A stretch of DNA of 29,837 nucleotides from Prasinococcaceae sp. CCMP 1430 (lineage: Eukaryota > Plantae > Prasinodermophyta), in the NCBI GenBank assembly GCA_013416795.1, contig RQSC01000030.1, positions 355,884-385,720 of the forward strand, written 5' to 3'. Positions within the stretch are counted from its first letter, which is position 1. The number at the start of each line of letters is the position of its first letter. Shown here one piece after another: positions 17,664 through 28,079 of the stretch. A program made the position numbers and the translations under genes. Below the pieces are notes generated by a model that made no database searches, had not been told where the DNA came from, and saw only the letters and a program-made list of their open reading frames with translations.

Positions 17664-18715
17664 GCGGACGGGCCTCCGCCTGCTGCGGAGGGCGCGAGCG
17701 CCGCGCCGGGGGCCGAGCGGTCGCGGGCGGCTGCGACGCGTGCCCCGCCGAAGAGGAGCAACTCCTTCACGGAGCGCAAGCGCAAAGGGGGCGCCTGCCC
17801 GCCCGTGCTCGCCGTGCCGGGCGATGCGGGATTGTTCGACGGGCTCGGGGGCGACGCAGCGGACGGCAGCGGCGCGGGGAGGAGCGCGGCGGGCATGCGA
17901 GCGGCCCAGCCGTTCTCGCTGTCCGAGTCGGGCACCTTCTGCGAGGGCGACCTGCTCATCGGGCGCTTCGGCGCGAGCTTCGGCACGACGTTCGCGCCGT
18001 CGCCGCCGCCGGGCGGCGGAGCGGGCGGCGGCGAGGCGCTGGCGGGCTCCCCGGCTTTTGCGGGCGGGCGGCCCGCGTCGCAGCAGCAGAGCCGGCCGAG
18101 CTCGATGGGCAGCACGCGCAGCGCGCGCGAGGGCTCCATGACGCCCAACGCCGTCGCGACGGGCGCCGGCGCCGGCTCGGTGGGCACGGCGGGCACGCCC
18201 GACGGCGGTGCCTTCGACGTCGCGCTCGACGACCTGGAGACGCTCTGCCTGCTGGGCAGCGGCGTGAGCGGCGTGGTCCAGAAGGTGCGACACAGGCCGA
18301 CGGGCACCGTGCTCGCGCTCAAGAGCGTGCAGATGAACGTCGAGGAGACCACGCGCAAGCAGATTATCCAGGAGCTGCGCACGCTCTACTCGACGTTTTG
18401 CCGCCAGATAGTCGGCTGCCGCGGCGCCTTCTACAGCGACGGCAAGGTGAGCATCGTCCTCGAGCACATGGACGCGGGCTCGCTGGCCGACCTCGCGTCC
18501 GTCGGCCCCGCCCCCGAGCGCGTGCTCGCGCGCATCGCGCGGCAGGTGCTGCTCGGCCTGCGCCACCTTCACAAGGAGCTCGGCGTCCTGCACCGTGACA
18601 TCAAGCCGTCCAACCTGCTCGTGTCGACCTGCGGGGAGGTCAAGATATCAGGTGCGTGCGTGGATGGTGCGCGGGTGCGCGAGCGGGGCGGGGGGGGGGG
18701 GGGGGGAGGGGGGGG

Positions 18716-18770
<55 letters not shown>

Positions 18771-19417
18771 AGAGGGGGCGGATGCCGCGCTGCGAGCGAT
18801 GGCGCGCGCGCCCTCCGGCGCCTGACCTGACGCGAGGGCGCGGCGTCGCTCGCAGATTTCGGCGTGGCCGGTCAGCTGGGGAGCTCGCAGGCGATGGCAA
18901 AGTCGTGGGTTGGGACGGTGACGTACATGTCGCCGGAGCGCATCGCGGGCAAGCCGTACGGCTTCGACTCGGACATATGGTCCCTCGTGCTGTGCCTGAT
19001 GGAGCTCGCGTTGGGCCGGTTCCCCTACCCGCCCGCGAAGGTCGCGCGTGGGCTCGTGCGCGAGCCGCACGCGGGTGCCGGGGGCGACGCGGGCGCGCAC
19101 GCTCGCGCCGCCGTCGGGGGCGCATCGGCGGCTCCGCTGGGCTTCTGGGACCTGATGGATTTCATCGTGGAGAAGCCCGCGCCGCGCCTCGACCCGGCGC
19201 TCTTCTCGCCCCACTTCTGCGACTTCGTGGCGCGCGGCCTTCACAAGGACTCGGGCGCGCGCATGGACGTTGAGGACGCGCTGGCGCACCCCTGGCTCGC
19301 GGCGGTGGCCGGCGAGGCGGACGAGGGCGCCGAGGCGGTCGCCGAGTGGGTCGGCGAGGTGCTCTCCTCGGCCGTGAGCGCCCGCGCGCTGGCGGACGCC
19401 GACGCCGTGTTTGGCGT
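17664..19417 (+). CDS. Plant-type MAP kinase kinase (MKK1/2/6-like); exons ~17664-18651 and 18856-19417+; own start codon not visible, 3' end in gap
   Basis: Docking-site-like RKRKGGACPPVLAV; SESGTFCEGDLLI; LGSGVSGVV; ALK; HRDIKPSNLL. The intron 18652-18855 (phase 1) reconstitutes DFG. Activation loop SQAMAKS (S-X5-S, plant type); VGTVTYMSPERI. Confidence 0.92.
18685..18769 (+). repeat. Poly-G tract in MAPKK intron
   Basis: About 85 nt nearly all G, including an uninterrupted run of about 51 G (18719-18769). Confidence 0.9.
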
Positions 19418-20028
19418 NNNNNNNNNNNNNNNNNNNNNNNNNNNNNNNNNNNNNNNNNNNNNNNNNNNNNNNNNNNNNNNNNNNNNNNNNNNNNNNNNNN
19501 NNNNNNNNNNNNNNNNNNNNNNNNNNNNNNNNNNNNNNNNNNNNNNNNNNNNNNNNNNNNNNNNNNNNNNNNNNNNNNNNNNNNNNNNNNNNNNNNNNNN
19601 NNNNNNNNNNNNNNNNNNNNNNNNNNNNNNNNNNNNNNNNNNNNNNNNNNNNNNNNNNNNNNNNNNNNNNNNNNNNNNNNNNNNNNNNNNNNNNNNNNNN
19701 NNNNNNNNNNNNNNNNNNNNNNNNNNNNNNNNNNNNNNNNNNNNNNNNNNNNNNNNNNNNNNNNNNNNNNNNNNNNNNNNNNNNNNNNNNNNNNNNNNNN
19801 NNNNNNNNNNNNNNNNNNNNNNNNNNNNNNNNNNNNNNNNNNNNNNNNNNNNNNNNNNNNNNNNNNNNNNNNNNNNNNNNNNNNNNNNNNNNNNNNNNNN
19901 NNNNNNNNNNNNNNNNNNNNNNNNNNNNNNNNNNNNNNNNNNNNNNNNNNNNNNNNNNNNNNNNNNNNNNNNNNNNNNNNNNNNNNNNNNNNNNNNNNNN
20001 NNNNNNNNNNNNNNNNNNNNNNNNNNNN
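19418..20028. other. Assembly gap (611 N)
   Basis: Run of n; it hides the MAPKK stop and the start of the next gene. Confidence 0.99.
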
Positions 20029-20928
20029 GGCGCCGGAGGGCGGGGGGTCGCCGTGTGTGCCGCGCCGGCGGCCGCGGCACCGGCCGCGGCCGTCGCCTCC
20101 AAGAGCCTGCGCACGTGCCCGCAGCTGGCGGCGTCCGCGCAGTGCTTCGGCTTCGGGGCGTGCGCGGCGTGGGCGTCCATGCACGTCGGGACGCCCGCGC
20201 ACGCCCTCGTGACGGCGCTGTACGGGGCGTGCGGGCGGGTGCTGCCGACGGCACTGCTGCGCTTCCTCTTCGACACCGCCTCGGAGGGCGTGACCACCGC
20301 GCCCATCGAGGCCGGGTGCTGCGGCTACGCCGACTTTCGCTTGTTCTCGCTGCTGCTCGTGATGGTGTCGAGCATGTGCTACCACTGCACGGGCATCGCG
20401 GCGCTGCGATGGGTGGACGTCACGTCGGTGTGCACGCTCGTGGGCGCCCACGGCGCCTTCCTGGTGGAGATGAGCGCCGCGGCGGAGAGGAGTGCCACGT
20501 TCGTCGGGGCGCACGAGTACGAGTCGCTGCGTGCCACCCTGGGTGACGATGTCTTCGGCCTCCCGCCCGCGACCGCGCTGCTGGTGGCCATCTACATCCT
20601 CTGCATAGCCATCTACGCACTGAACCTGGCCAGCATGCTGTCGGACAGAGCTCTGCACGGGCTGGGCTGGCCGGCGGTGGCGATCGTTGTCGCCATCAAA
20701 ACGCGCCTTGGCCAGCCGATCGCGGGGCTCGGGCTTCTCCTCACCGCCATGGGAGCGGGCTCCTTCCGGAGCTCGCTCAGCGCCATGCACCGCGACGCTG
20801 CCCGCGGCGCAACGTGCAAGTCGTGGGACGAGGTCCTCTACCACATGGGCCTGCACATCTTCGAAAGCGCGGCGATTGTGTGCCTGTACGCCAACGAGGC
20901 GCACCTCAACATGCACCTCGGATCGTGA
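20029..20928 (+). CDS. Polytopic membrane protein with CREST-superfamily motifs (ceramidase/PAQR/Per1/TMEM8-like), 5' end in gap
   Basis: SSMCYH (SxxxH, 20371-20385), LRWVDVTS (conserved Asp), HMGLH (HxxxH, 20842-20856), about seven hydrophobic segments, stop TGA 20926-20928. Confidence 0.7.
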   Translation, partial: GAGGRGVAVCAAPAAAAPAAAVASKSLRTCPQLAASAQCFGFGACAAWASMHVGTPAHALVTALYGACGRVLPTALLRFLFDTASEGVTTAPIEAGCCGYADFRLFSLLLVMVSSMCYHCTGIAALRWVDVTSVCTLVGAHGAFLVEMSAAAERSATFVGAHEYESLRATLGDDVFGLPPATALLVAIYILCIAIYALNLASMLSDRALHGLGWPAVAIVVAIKTRLGQPIAGLGLLLTAMGAGSFRSSLSAMHRDAARGATCKSWDEVLYHMGLHIFESAAIVCLYANEAHLNMHLGS

Positions 20929-21300
20929 GCCTCTGTGCCCGTGCCAGCGTTCACGCACAAGCGAACGCGCGCACACGCACGCACACACACACACACACCA
21001 ACATCAAACACGTGCGCGCGCGCGCGCCGTATATACCCTCGGCTCGCCCGCGCGCGCCCGCCTGAGCGTCCGCCGGCGCCCGCCGAGCGCGGCCCTGTGA
21101 CGCTCTGGAAAATCATGTAATTGCATGCATGACTCTCGGCTGTCCGTTTGTTCGCTCGGGTGCGCGGATGGCGCGCGAGAGAGCGCCATTGTGTGCGCTG
21201 CGCTGCGGGAGAGGGGGGAGGGGGCGGTGACGGTCGGGCAGCTTACATGGAAGGGCTTTACAACAGGTACACGTGTGAACACGCACAGCAAACAGACACC

Positions 21301-22440
21301 TCAGTACGCCGTGAAGTCTACGTGCGCTTCTGCGTGCGCCGCGCGCTCGGCCTTGCGGCGGTTGCGCGCGCGCTTGGGCTCGAGCCTCAGGTCGCGACTC
21401 TCGTACGCGCGTCGAAAGCGCTCTGCGATGTGCCTCACGGGGCGTGCGCCGAGCGACTCGGCAAGCGGCGACTCCAGCGCCGCCCAGCAGGCGGAGGATG
21501 CGCCCGGACACGTACGCGCGCGGCGCGCGAGCGAGCGAGGCAGCTCGACGGCACGAGCGACGCCATCATCGAGCGGGTGCTCTGCCGTCGCCTCGACGAC
21601 CACCCCTGCAAGCTCCGCCACCGACGCGTCCGCCAGACTCGCCGCACCGACCCACACCACCTTCTCCAGCGTCTCCCATTGCGAACCTGGGCTCGCGCAT
21701 CCCTCATCGCCGCCGCCATCGAGATGCTCTGCCTCTGACGCGCTCGCATCGTCCTCGCAGCCTCGGTCCTCCCACGAGTCGACCTCCTCGGCCAGCGCGC
21801 TCCTGCGCGCGGACGCCACTCGCCTCAACCAGCCAGCCACGGACGCGTCGTGCGCGACGTTCGGCGAGCCCCCACCACCACCACCCACGCGCACTTCGCG
21901 GAGCCCGCGCACGGTGGCGAGGAGACCCAGCGCGTTTCCCGACAGATTTGCGCAGCCGCGGATGTCGACACGCGCCACACCGGCGGCCCTCGCACCCCCG
22001 TCCGCAGCTCGGAGAACGCGCTCGAGGCCGCCATCGCTCAGCGGCAGGCCGCTCACGTCGAGCGACCGCACGCCCTCCCATCCGGGCGCGACGAGGGCGA
22101 GCACCGCCGCATCGGCGACGGACGCGGGCGCGCGCGACAGCGCGCCGAGTCGGCGCGCGGCGGCGAGCAACCCAGCTCGCAGCTCGGGCGGCAGGCACGC
22201 CACGGGCGAGTGCACGTCCGCCGCCGGTGAGTGCCGCGTCCCCGGAGCCGCTCGTGCGCCCACTCGCGCGCCGTCGCGATCTCCGTCCCCGCCGCCATCG
22301 TCCGACGCCCAGCCGCCCTCGCCCTCGCCCCATCCTTCTTCACCCCCTGCACCGGCTGCGCCGGCCGTGCCGTCCGCGAGGCAGGCGACGTGCGGCGCGA
22401 GCGCCGCCAGGCACAGCCCCCGCAGCGACGCCGCCGCCAT
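21301..22440 (-). CDS. Leucine-rich-repeat (RNI/FBXL-like) protein
   Basis: ATG 22440: SLRGLCLAAL...LPPELRAGLL..., VRSLDVSGLPLSDGGL, VARVDIRGCANLSGNALGLL, LREVRVGG. Basic C-terminus. Confidence 0.6.
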   Translation of the reverse strand: MAAASLRGLCLAALAPHVACLADGTAGAAGAGGEEGWGEGEGGWASDDGGGDGDRDGARVGARAAPGTRHSPAADVHSPVACLPPELRAGLLAAARRLGALSRAPASVADAAVLALVAPGWEGVRSLDVSGLPLSDGGLERVLRAADGGARAAGVARVDIRGCANLSGNALGLLATVRGLREVRVGGGGGGSPNVAHDASVAGWLRRVASARRSALAEEVDSWEDRGCEDDASASEAEHLDGGGDEGCASPGSQWETLEKVVWVGAASLADASVAELAGVVVEATAEHPLDDGVARAVELPRSLARRARTCPGASSACWAALESPLAESLGARPVRHIAERFRRAYESRDLRLEPKRARNRRKAERAAHAEAHVDFTAY

Positions 22441-22834
22441 GGACGCGCCCTCACACAGGTGATCGCCAAACTCCACACAGCGCTGCTACCCGGGCGGCAC
22501 CTTCGACCCGCTGAACCTCGCTGCCACCGCCGAGGTTACGGTACAGTATTTGAGGTGTATTTTGGGCATACACACTGTGTAGGGTTAGTGTATCTTTCAC
22601 ATTGAATTTGATGTGACTCAATGCGTTTTGATGGGGCGGTGGTTTTGGTGTTGTTTTGGGTGGGTTCGGGCGTCGGCGCGCGAGCGCACGCGGATAAGGT
22701 TCGCTCCCGGGGTCGCGCGGCAAGGAGGGCACAGCGCTCGCCGGCGTCGCGGCCTCGCGCGGCCGAGGGTCGGCTGCACTCGCTTGCGCCCTCCTCACCG
22801 CGCGCGCGAGGGTCCTCTGCCGGGGCAGGGCGCG

Positions 22835-24884
22835 ATGGCGGCGGCGGCGGCGACAGCGGGCGGCGCGCGCGGCGCGGGGGGGCAGCGTGCGGCGGAGGCG
22901 GCTGGCAGCGGCGGTGGCGGCGGGCGAGAGGTGAGCTTGTCAGCGCGCTCCACGCCATGCGAAGCTTCCTGCGTCAAGCGCTCTGCCTCTTTGCCGCTGT
23001 CCGCCTGCGTGCCTTGGCGAGGGCGCGCTCGTTCGTTCGGCCACGCCGGCGCGGCATCGCGCACTCTGACCGCCCCGGCGCCGCGCGCTGTCGCTCAACG
23101 CTGGTCGCTGACGCCCTAAACTCTCCAATGTCCGCAGTTCCAACTCGACGCCTGCGCCGTACCGCCACGCCAGCGGGCCGGACGAGGCGGGCGGACGCAA
23201 CCAGACGCTCGCCGGCGCCGACGTTGCGGGCGCGTTCGAGGTGTTCGACGCCCTCTCCATCGGCATGGCGACCGTGGTCTTCCGCTGGATCGGCGAGAGG
23301 CTCAAGCCCTCGAACGCGAAGCTGGTCGAGGGCCGCGTGCTCGACCTGCTCGGCGACGGCCCTCTGCTGCTGCAGCTCTACGCGTACTTCGTGCAGCACG
23401 GGCGAGTGTACAACCTGGTGTTCGGCCCGAAGAGCCTGATGGTGGTGTCCGACCCCGTGGTGGCGCGCCACATTCTGCGCGACAACGCCACCGGGTACTC
23501 GAAGGGCCTCCTCGCGGAGATCCTCAAGGAGGTGATGGGCAACGGGCTCATCCCCGCCGACTACGAGACGTGGAAGGTGCGCAAGAGGGCGCTCGTCCCC
23601 GGCTTTCACAAGGCGTGGCTGAACTACATGGCGCACCAGTTCGCGGCGTGCGCCGAGCGGCTGGCGGACAAGCTCGACGCCGAGGCGGCGGCGTCGGCCT
23701 CGGGTGCGGTCCAGGCGGACATGGAGGAGCGGTACCTGAGCGTCGCCCTGGACATCATCGGCGTGGCGGTCTTCAACACCGACTTCGATTCGGTCAACAA
23801 GGAGAGCCCGCTCATCAAGGCCGTCTACGGCTGCCTGCAGGAGACCGAGCACCGCGCGACCTTCTTCCTGCCGTACTGGGACGTGCCAGTGCTCGGCAAG
23901 CTCGTGCCGCGCCAGGCGCGCTTCCAGCGCGACATCGCGGTGGTGAACGACGGCCTCAACGCCGCCATCGCCTCCGCGCTGAGCTCCAGGGTCGAGATGG
24001 ACGAGGAGGCCCTGCAGGCGCGCGACTACGCCAACGTCGAGGACGCCTCGCTGCTGCGCTTCCTGGTGGACCTGCGAGGCGAGGACACGTCGGCCACGCA
24101 GCTTCGCGATGACCTCATGACGCTGCTGGTCGCGGGCCACGAGACCACCGCCAGCGTGCTCACGTGGGCGACCTTCGCGCTCTCGCAGGCGCCCGACGTC
24201 CTGGCGCGCCTGCAGGAGGAGCTCGACAGCGTGCTGGGCGGCCGCGCGCCCACCTACGACGACGCGATGGCCCTCCCTCTCACCCGGCGCGTGCTCGCCG
24301 AGACGCTCCGCCTCTACCCCGCGCCGCCGCTGCTCATCCGCCGCGCGCTCGCCGACGACGCCAACGTGCCGCGCGGCCTGACGCTGCGCGAGGGCCAGGA
24401 CATCTTCATCGGCGTGTGGAACATCCACCGCGACCCCGAGCTGTGGGAGAACCCCGAGGTCTTCGACCCCGACCGCTGGCTGCGCCCCACCTCCAACCCG
24501 GGCGTCGAGGACTGGGCGGGCTACAAGCCCAACCCCGACTCGCTCTACCCCAACGAGACGCAGGCGGACTTCGCCTTCATGCCCTTCGGCGGCGGCGCGC
24601 GCCGCTGCATCGGCGACCAGTTCGCCATGCTGGAGGCGATCGTCACCCTGGCCACCGTGGCGCAGCGCTTCGACTTCGAGCTGGCGTGCGAGGCCGGCGA
24701 GGTTGGCATGGCCACCGGCGCCACCATCCACACCAAAGCCGGGCTGCCCGTGCGCCTGACGCCGCGCGCAGGCGTGCGCGACGGCTGGCGGAGCGCCGCG
24801 GACGTCGCGCGCGAGGCGGGCTCCAAGGTGGCCGTCGCGGTCGGTGGCGGCGGCGGCGGCGGCGGGTGCCCGGTTGCGCACTGA
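22835..24884 (+). CDS. CYP97: Cytochrome P450 CYP97 family (CYP97B-like carotenoid hydroxylase); main exon 23138-24884, first exon uncertain
   Basis: LLLQLYAYFVQHGRVYNLVFGPKSLMVVSDPVVARHILRDN, KGLLAEIL..VMGNGLIPAD, QLRDDLMTLLVAGHETTA, ETLRLYP, FMPFGGGARRCIGDQFA (heme Cys). Confidence 0.92.
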
Positions 24885-24985
24885 GAGTAAAAAAACACTC
24901 AAGCCACCAAATGCTGCGCGGGCTGGCAGACGGGCGCTGCTACGTGCCTCTGTGGGCGCTCGCCTCGAGCAGCAGCCTCTTCTCT

Positions 24986-25792
24986 CTAGAGCGCGCCGAT
25001 CGCGCCGTGCTCGCGCAGCAGCGCCGCTGTCTTGTCGTTGCCGTTCGCCTCGGCGAGTTGGAGCGCCGTGAGGCCGTCTTCGTTGCGTGCAGACGTGTTG
25101 ACGCCCGCCTGGAGCAAGAGCTTGAGCGCGTCAGGGGTAGTGTGGGGGTTATGAGCTGCGGCGTGCAGGGGAGTCCACCCCCTGTTATCTGCCTTGTCCT
25201 GGTCGGCGCCAGCCTCGAGCAGCAGCTTGAGGCAGTCGTGGTGGCCACAGCGGCCGATCTCCTGCCCGAGGTAGGTGACGGCGCAGTACATGGGAGTCCG
25301 GCCGTCGTTATCTACCTTGTCCTTATCGGCCCCGGCTTCAAGCAACATCCGGAGACAGTCGCTTTGGCCGCACTCTGCTGCCCAATGCAGACCAGTCATA
25401 CCTCCGTTATCTGCCTTCTCTATGTCGGCGCCCGCCTCGAGCAGCCGCCGGAGGCAAGCGGGGCCGCTAGCCTGAGAGGTGAGATGAAGAGCAGAGAAGC
25501 CCCCCCAAAATGGCGCAGCATTCACGTTGGCGCCGGCCGACAAAGCGCATCGGAGCACATGCTCATTGTCGACCTCCGCAGCATGCGAAAGCAGCTTGTT
25601 AGCGCCGTCTTCTTCTGCGAGAAACAACTCAAGCAGCCAAGTGAGCTGCTGCTCTGCTGCGCAGCGGCGCTTGCGCTCCTCGCGCACGGCGGCGGCATTC
25701 ACGCCCAGCGCCCGCGTGGCGAGCAGCAGCGCCTGGCGAGCGCTCTCCGCCGACGCCGCATCCGCGCCGCCGCAATTGTCGAAAGCACTCAT
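24986..25792 (-). CDS. Ankyrin-repeat protein (about five repeats)
   Basis: SALHLTS..G...CLRRLLEAGAD; GMTGLHWAAECG; GRTPMYCA; GWTPLHAAA; GLTALQLA. DNA-level tandem similarity at about 25170-25450. Confidence 0.92.
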   Translation of the reverse strand: MSAFDNCGGADAASAESARQALLLATRALGVNAAAVREERKRRCAAEQQLTWLLELFLAEEDGANKLLSHAAEVDNEHVLRCALSAGANVNAAPFWGGFSALHLTSQASGPACLRRLLEAGADIEKADNGGMTGLHWAAECGQSDCLRMLLEAGADKDKVDNDGRTPMYCAVTYLGQEIGRCGHHDCLKLLLEAGADQDKADNRGWTPLHAAAHNPHTTPDALKLLLQAGVNTSARNEDGLTALQLAEANGNDKTAALLREHGAIGAL

Positions 25793-26281
25793 GCCGGTAG
25801 AAGAAGTTGGTGCGTGCGCTGACGCGTTGCTCGCTATTGTCTGCGAAAGAGAAGGGGGAGAGAGAGGGGGGGGGGGTAACGAGCGTCGGAAGGACTCAAA
25901 GTGCTGCAGAGGGGAAGGTGCGTGGGGGTGTGAGAGGGGGATGGGGGGGCGTCGGCAGCGTGCGCAGTGGCGCAGGGCCGCGTACGACTACGACACCGCC
26001 GCGACTTTTTTTCGCGCGCGCATCGAATCGGCGCTGTCACATCCCCACGTCAAATCGCATTCGAACGGGACAATTTTTGAAATGCGCACGTCAAATCGCA
26101 CGCGGACGACGGATCGGTTCAAATGCGCGTTGCGGCACCACATCACAAGCAGCGCTCGCGCGCGCGTGTGTCTGCTGGGTGCTGTACTGCAGCGCGCTCG
26201 CATGCGACTGCCAGCTTGGATGCGGGGGGAGGCGCGCAGTGCGTGCGTGCCTACGTGCCTGCGCGCGCGCGCGCGCGCGCG

Positions 26282-26378
26282 CGTGTGTGTGCGCCCGTGT
26301 GTGTGTGTGTAACAGTGTGCGTGTGTGTGTGTGCCAGTGTGTGTGCCAGTGTGCGTGTGTGTGTGTGTGTGTGCGTGC
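26282..26378 (+). repeat. (GT)n/(GC)n compound microsatellite upstream of HMG-CoA lyase
   Basis: gtgtgtgtgcgcccgtgtgtgtgtgtgtaacagtgtgcgtgtgtgtgtgt... preceded by a (GC)n run. Confidence 0.85.
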
Positions 26379-26418
26379 GCGCGCCCACGCGCGTGTGCCA
26401 CAGTGCTGCTCGCACGCC

Positions 26419-27909
26419 ATGCTGCGCCGGGCCGCAGCGCGCGCGCAGGCGGCAACGGCCATGATGGCCTCCGCAGCGCGCCCCTCGGTGCGCGTCGTCG
26501 AGGTGGGCCCGCGCGACGGCCTGCAGAACGAGCGCGGTGCCATGGTGCCCACCGACGTCAAGGTGGGCCTCATCGAGCGCCTCGCCGCGGCGGGGCTGCG
26601 CACAGTCGAGGCGGCGGCGTTCGTGTCGCCGAAGGTGCGAGCGCGGATGACGTGTGCACAATAAGGGCGAGCGATTGCTCGTGGAAGCGAAGGGGACACA
26701 CGCACACAGCACACAGCACACAGCACACAGCACACACACATGCACACGCTACTATCATCAGTCCACTGTACACCACGCACCAGACATGTGCACGCATATG
26801 CGCTCATTGACACACACGCGCGCGCACACACTGGCGCACGCACCAACGCACGCACGCAGTGGGTGCCGCAAATGGCGGACGGCGCGGAGGTTCTCTCACG
26901 CGTGTTCGCCCCCGGCGGCGTTGCCTCACGCTTTCCCCTCGCGTCCTTCCCCGCGCTGGTGCCCAACGCGAGGGGCCTCGAGCGCGCGCTCGCCGCGGGC
27001 GCGCGGGAGGTGGCGGTGCTCGCATCCGCCAGCGAGGCCTTCTCGTGCGCCAACGCCAACTGCGGCGCGGAGGAGGCGCTGCGGCGATGCGAGGGGGTGG
27101 TGAGGGACGCCACGGCGGCCGGCGCGAGAGCGCGAGGCTACGTGTCGTGCGCGCTGGGCTGCCCGTACGCGGGGGACGTGCCGCCAGAGCGCGCCGCAGA
27201 CGCCGCGAGGAGGCTGCTCGACATTGGCTGCTACGAGGTGCGCTCGCGCGCGCATGTACAACTTCGAATGTCACGCACGCACCAACACAAGTGTACACAC
27301 AGACACGCACACGAACAACGTGCACAAACTCACATGTGCACGTTTCCTGGCACACACTAACGCTGAAGCGCGCACGTGCTCGCGAAGGTGTCGCTGGGTG
27401 ACACCATCGGCGTGGGCACGCCCGGCAGCGTGGACGCCCTCCTCGACGCGTGCGCGGCCTCCGGCATCCCCCCCGCCGCGCTTGCAGCGCACTTCCACGA
27501 CACGTACGGGATGGCGCTCGCCAACGTGACCGCTGCGGTGAGACGCGGCGTCCGCGTGGTCGACGCGAGCGTGGGAGGCCTCGGGGGCTGCCCGTACGCC
27601 AGGTAATCACACGCGCGCGCACACGCATTGGGGCACACACACACATGGACACATGTGCGCACGCACACGCGCACGTGCTGACGAGCGCTGGCGCGCCTAT
27701 TGTTCCTAATAAGGGGCGCCACCGGCAACGCGGCCACCGAGGACGTGGTGTACATGCTCGAGGGGATGGGCTACGACACGGGGGTGGACATGGAGCTGCT
27801 GCTCGACGCCGGCGAGTACGCCGCCGCCGAGCTCGGCAGGGATACGGAGAGCCGGGCCGCGAGGGCGCTGCTGGCGAAGCGGCGAGCCGGCGCAGAGAGC
27901 AATCTCTAA
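26419..27909 (+). CDS. HMGCL: Hydroxymethylglutaryl-CoA lyase, mitochondrial; exons 26419-26634, 26860-27237, 27388-27602, 27714-27909 (~334 aa)
   Basis: [16 protein letters not shown]|[11 protein letters not shown]|[28 protein letters not shown]|[10 protein letters not shown]. All three introns restore conserved motifs. Arg/Ala-rich presequence. Confidence 0.95.
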
Positions 27910-28079
27910 TTCACGCGCGGTGTACCCACGATCGCCTACACACTACAAGTCACTTAAGCTCTAATGGGAGCTGCAGCTCGACGCCGGCAATCACTGCACG
28001 TACACGTGTCGTACAGCGCGTGCAGCACGTGCCCCCTCCCCCCCCTGCCGCCTCGCGCCGCCCTCCTCGCGCCGCGTCG

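Noticed and set aside
18864-20546. Apparent ORFs spanning the 611-N gap (MAPKK fused to the downstream membrane protein)
   Set aside because: They are open only because N codons translate as X; there is no evidence of fusion.
22578-23120. Telomere-like TAGGGTTAG (~22580) and CCCTAAA (~23114)
   Set aside because: Single copies with no tandem array.
26010-26081. E2F-like TTTCGCGC and CHR-like TTTGAA motifs between the ankyrin gene and HMGCL
   Set aside because: Single short motifs are expected by chance, and neither flanking gene is an obvious cell-cycle gene.
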